From positions 80,515,868 through 80,579,867 of the forward strand of contig NC_057719.1 in NCBI RefSeq assembly GCF_004010195.1: DNA of 64,000 bases, read 5' to 3'. Below are positions 61,362 through 64,000 of the stretch, piece by piece. The stretch is from Chiloscyllium plagiosum. Its lineage: Eukaryota. The notes beneath the pieces were generated by a model, which was not told the DNA's origin, did not search any database, and saw only the letters and a program-made list of their open reading frames with translations. Each line of letters opens with the position of its first letter. The stretch's first letter is position 1. The position numbers and the translations under genes are program-made.

Positions 61362-61637
61362 CAGGGCTATTTTCACTGGAGCGTTGGAGGCTGAGAGGTG
61401 ACCTTCTAGAGGTTTATAAAATCATGAGAGGCATGGATAGGGTAAATAGACAAGGTCTTTTCCCCAGGATAGGGGAGTCCCAAACTAGAGGGCATAGGTT
61501 CAAGGTGAGAGGGAAAAGATTTATAAGAGACCTGAGGGGCAACTGTTTCCACACAGAGGGTGGTGCGTGTATGGAATGAACTGCCGGAGGAAATGGTGGA
61601 GGGTGGTACAATTACTGCATTTAAAAGGCATGTGAAT
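61362..61637 (+). mobile_element. CR1/HER1 internal fragment
   Basis: Inverted near-copy of 59493-59770. Confidence 0.9.
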
Positions 61638-63136
61638 TAGCGATCAATGTTATGGTGTGAAGGCACCGGTGTTGGACTCGGGTGGACAAAATCAGAAGTC
61701 ACATGGCACCAGGTTACCATCCAACAGGTTTATTTAAAATCACAAGCTGTCTGAGGTGAAGTCAGTTTGAGTTATACAACAGCTATCGGCATGATATGGT
61801 GCACGTTGGAGACTTACAAAATTCTTCAGATGACCAGCACTGCACCACAAAAATGAGCAGATTAGGAGATGGCACACAGGTTACTGATAATGACGGTACG
61901 ACCTGGTTTTAAAAGATGAGATGGGTGGCAGGTTAGAGGAGGTGGTAATGAGGTCAGCTGAAACACAGCACTTCTAAATAAATGAGTCTGTGCTCTCCAC
62001 TGAGAAGCTGAACAGAAAATAATTGTGTAGTGGGAGCACATACCCATCTCTCAGGTTTTATTTACATTGTACTTACTATGAAAAAGATGACCAGCAATTC
62101 TATCATCCCTTTTATGCATTCAGGGTGCTGTATAAGCTAATTAACTGTTTTTTTTATGTGTAGTCACTGTTGTAACGTCGAAAGCAGGCCAGCCAATTTG
62201 CACACAGTAACAGTGAATGGTAAATGCTATGTCACCTGTTAATTAATGGATGTTACTCCAAAAATAAATATTTCCTGGGACATTGGGGAGCATACTCTGC
62301 TTGTCTTAGAAGATCAGACTGAGCTTTAGTATTTTATCTGAAAGGTAGCACCTCCCATAGAGCAGCACAGTCTATTTTCAGCTATTCATACTCCCCATTA
62401 TCGTCGATCTAGCTATTCTGTTACAATTCCTTCATCTGCCTAAATTTCTCCCTCTGAACTCTGTCTCATCTATCCTCTTCTTTTCCTCCCCATTCCATAC
62501 TATCAAGATAAATACCATGTTTTCCTAGATGCTATTTAGTTCTGAAGTACTTCCTGGACTGAACATTGGCTTAGCTGTCTCTCCTTGCACGCTGACACAC
62601 CTGCTGAGTTTCTCCAGCAATTTGGTTGTCCATCGCATAACCCTTCAGTGTTGTACTGGGCGTGTCTGCCTGGATGATGTGCTTTATTCAGGTTCAGAGG
62701 CAACAGTGTGACAAAACTGTCGCTTTAAGAGATGTATTTTTTGGTTTTTTTTGTAAAGAGGTTTTAGGACAGAGGCACCAAGGTGTCTATTTAAATCCTA
62801 TGAACGAAACAGCTGGTGATGCTGCTTTTAATGTTGGAACAATAGAAGCAGCCTAAATGGGTGGAGGCAAGCTCCCACAGAACCAAGATGTTTAGTTTTA
62901 GCTTTTCAGCAGCAGTTGCTGTACCTTGAAGCTGAGTTAGGAAGCTGCAGAGCATCTGTCCCTCTGAATTTTTCTCTTGATGTTTTTCCACCTGGACTGG
63001 AGGATTTCCTGTGAGGCAATCTATTTTACTGAATTTGCCTTTGCCATGGGTGTGTTTATGGGATGTTACTATATTAGAACTGTTACTGTTTAGTAGTTAG
63101 GTTATCCATGATTTTAAGCTTTCCAGTGGAGTTAAT

Positions 63137-63464
63137 GGGTGGCACGGTGGCTCAGTGGTTAGCACTGCTGCCTCACAGTGCCAGGGACCCAGGTTCAATT
63201 CCAGCCTCGGATGACTGTCTGTGAGGAGTTTGCACATTCTCCCCATGTCTGCGTGGGTTTCCTCCGGGTGCTTCGGTTTCCACCCACAGTCCAAAAATGT
63301 GCAGGTTAGGTGAATTGGCCATGCTAAATTGCCCGTAGTGTTAGGTGAAGGGGTAAATGTAGGGGAATGGGTCTGGGTGGGTTGCACTTCGGTGGGTCGG
63401 TGTGGACTTGCTGGGCCGAAGGGCCTGTTTCCACACTTGAAGTAATCTAATCTAATCTAATCTA
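63137..63464 (+). mobile_element. HE1 SINE
   Basis: Head, V-domain, (taatc)n tail. Confidence 0.93.
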
Positions 63465-63587
63465 AATTTTACCAATTTCTTCTTTATTTTGTTGTATTCT
63501 AACTACAGTGTATGAATGAAGTGTTTTGCTTCAAGACTGGTAGTTTGAGCAATCAAATTGCATCTGAAATGCAACACCTGGCATTTA

Positions 63588-63925
63588 CTGTGGCTCAGTG
63601 GTTAGCACTGCCTCACAGCGCCAGGGAGCCAGGTTCAATTCCAGCCTCGGGCAACTGTCTGTGAGGAGTTTGCATATTCTCCCCCGTGTCTGCGTGGGTT
63701 TTCTCTGGGTGCTGCAGTTTCTTCCCACAGTCCAAAGATGTGCAGTTAGTTGATTTGGCCATGCTAAATTGCCTATAGTGTTCAGGGATGTGTAGGTTAG
63801 GTGCACTAGTCAGGGGGAAATGTAGAGTTATAGGGGAATGGGTCTGGGTGGGTTACTCTTTGGAGGGTCGGTGTGGGCTTGCTGGGCCGAAGGGCCTGTT
63901 TCCACAATGTAGGGATTCTAATTCT
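63588..63925 (+). mobile_element. HE1 SINE
   Basis: Head, V-domain, tail agggattctaattcta. Confidence 0.92.
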
Positions 63926-64000
63926 AAATAAGAAACGGTTATGGTCTAGGATATCTTCTTAATATATTTTGAGGTGGTTTCGTCTGGTCTAGAAGAGGTC

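Larger units (their letters stand above)
62707..63990 (+). mobile_element. Solo LTR containing two HE1 SINEs
   Basis: Starts tgtgacaaaac; non-SINE segments align to the reverse complement of 49722-50060. Confidence 0.65.

Noticed and set aside
63137..63210. tRNA-like sequence with A and B boxes (many copies)
   Set aside because: These are SINE heads followed by the V-domain and LINE tail, not tRNA genes

Overview
This is repeat-dense vertebrate genomic DNA, most likely from a shark or other elasmobranch (inferred from HE1-type tRNA/V-SINEs, their HER1/CR1 partner LINEs and Deu-domain SINEs). It has two assembly gaps and no host protein-coding gene, rRNA, tRNA gene or CRISPR array that I can recognise. 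Most of the window is nested mobile-element debris: CR1, L2 and RTE LINEs, about 12 HE1 SINEs, Penelope-like elements (PLE, GIY-YIG), Tigger-type MITEs, solo LTRs, a Harbinger Myb remnant and a Tx1/ZCCHC3-like ORF1 fragment. The main signal is a family of small hairpin-shaped PLE derivatives flanked by 9-14 bp target-site duplications (TSDs) and carrying minimal hammerhead-ribozyme cores (CUGA[A/U]GA-A-stem II-GAAACGUC). One copy (32766-33478) shows dense A-to-G changes on the same strand in both hairpin arms but not in the loop. This looks like a fossil of ADAR hyper-editing of a retrotransposed dsRNA hairpin. Also noted: a templated 59-nt inverted capture flanked by a 53-bp duplication, an inverted CR1 pair sharing private variants, a GC-box/CCAAT/CTCF-like regulatory island near 24.1-24.3 kb, and speculative phase-compatible exon chains. 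All calls were made by eye, and boundaries of old repeats are approximate.
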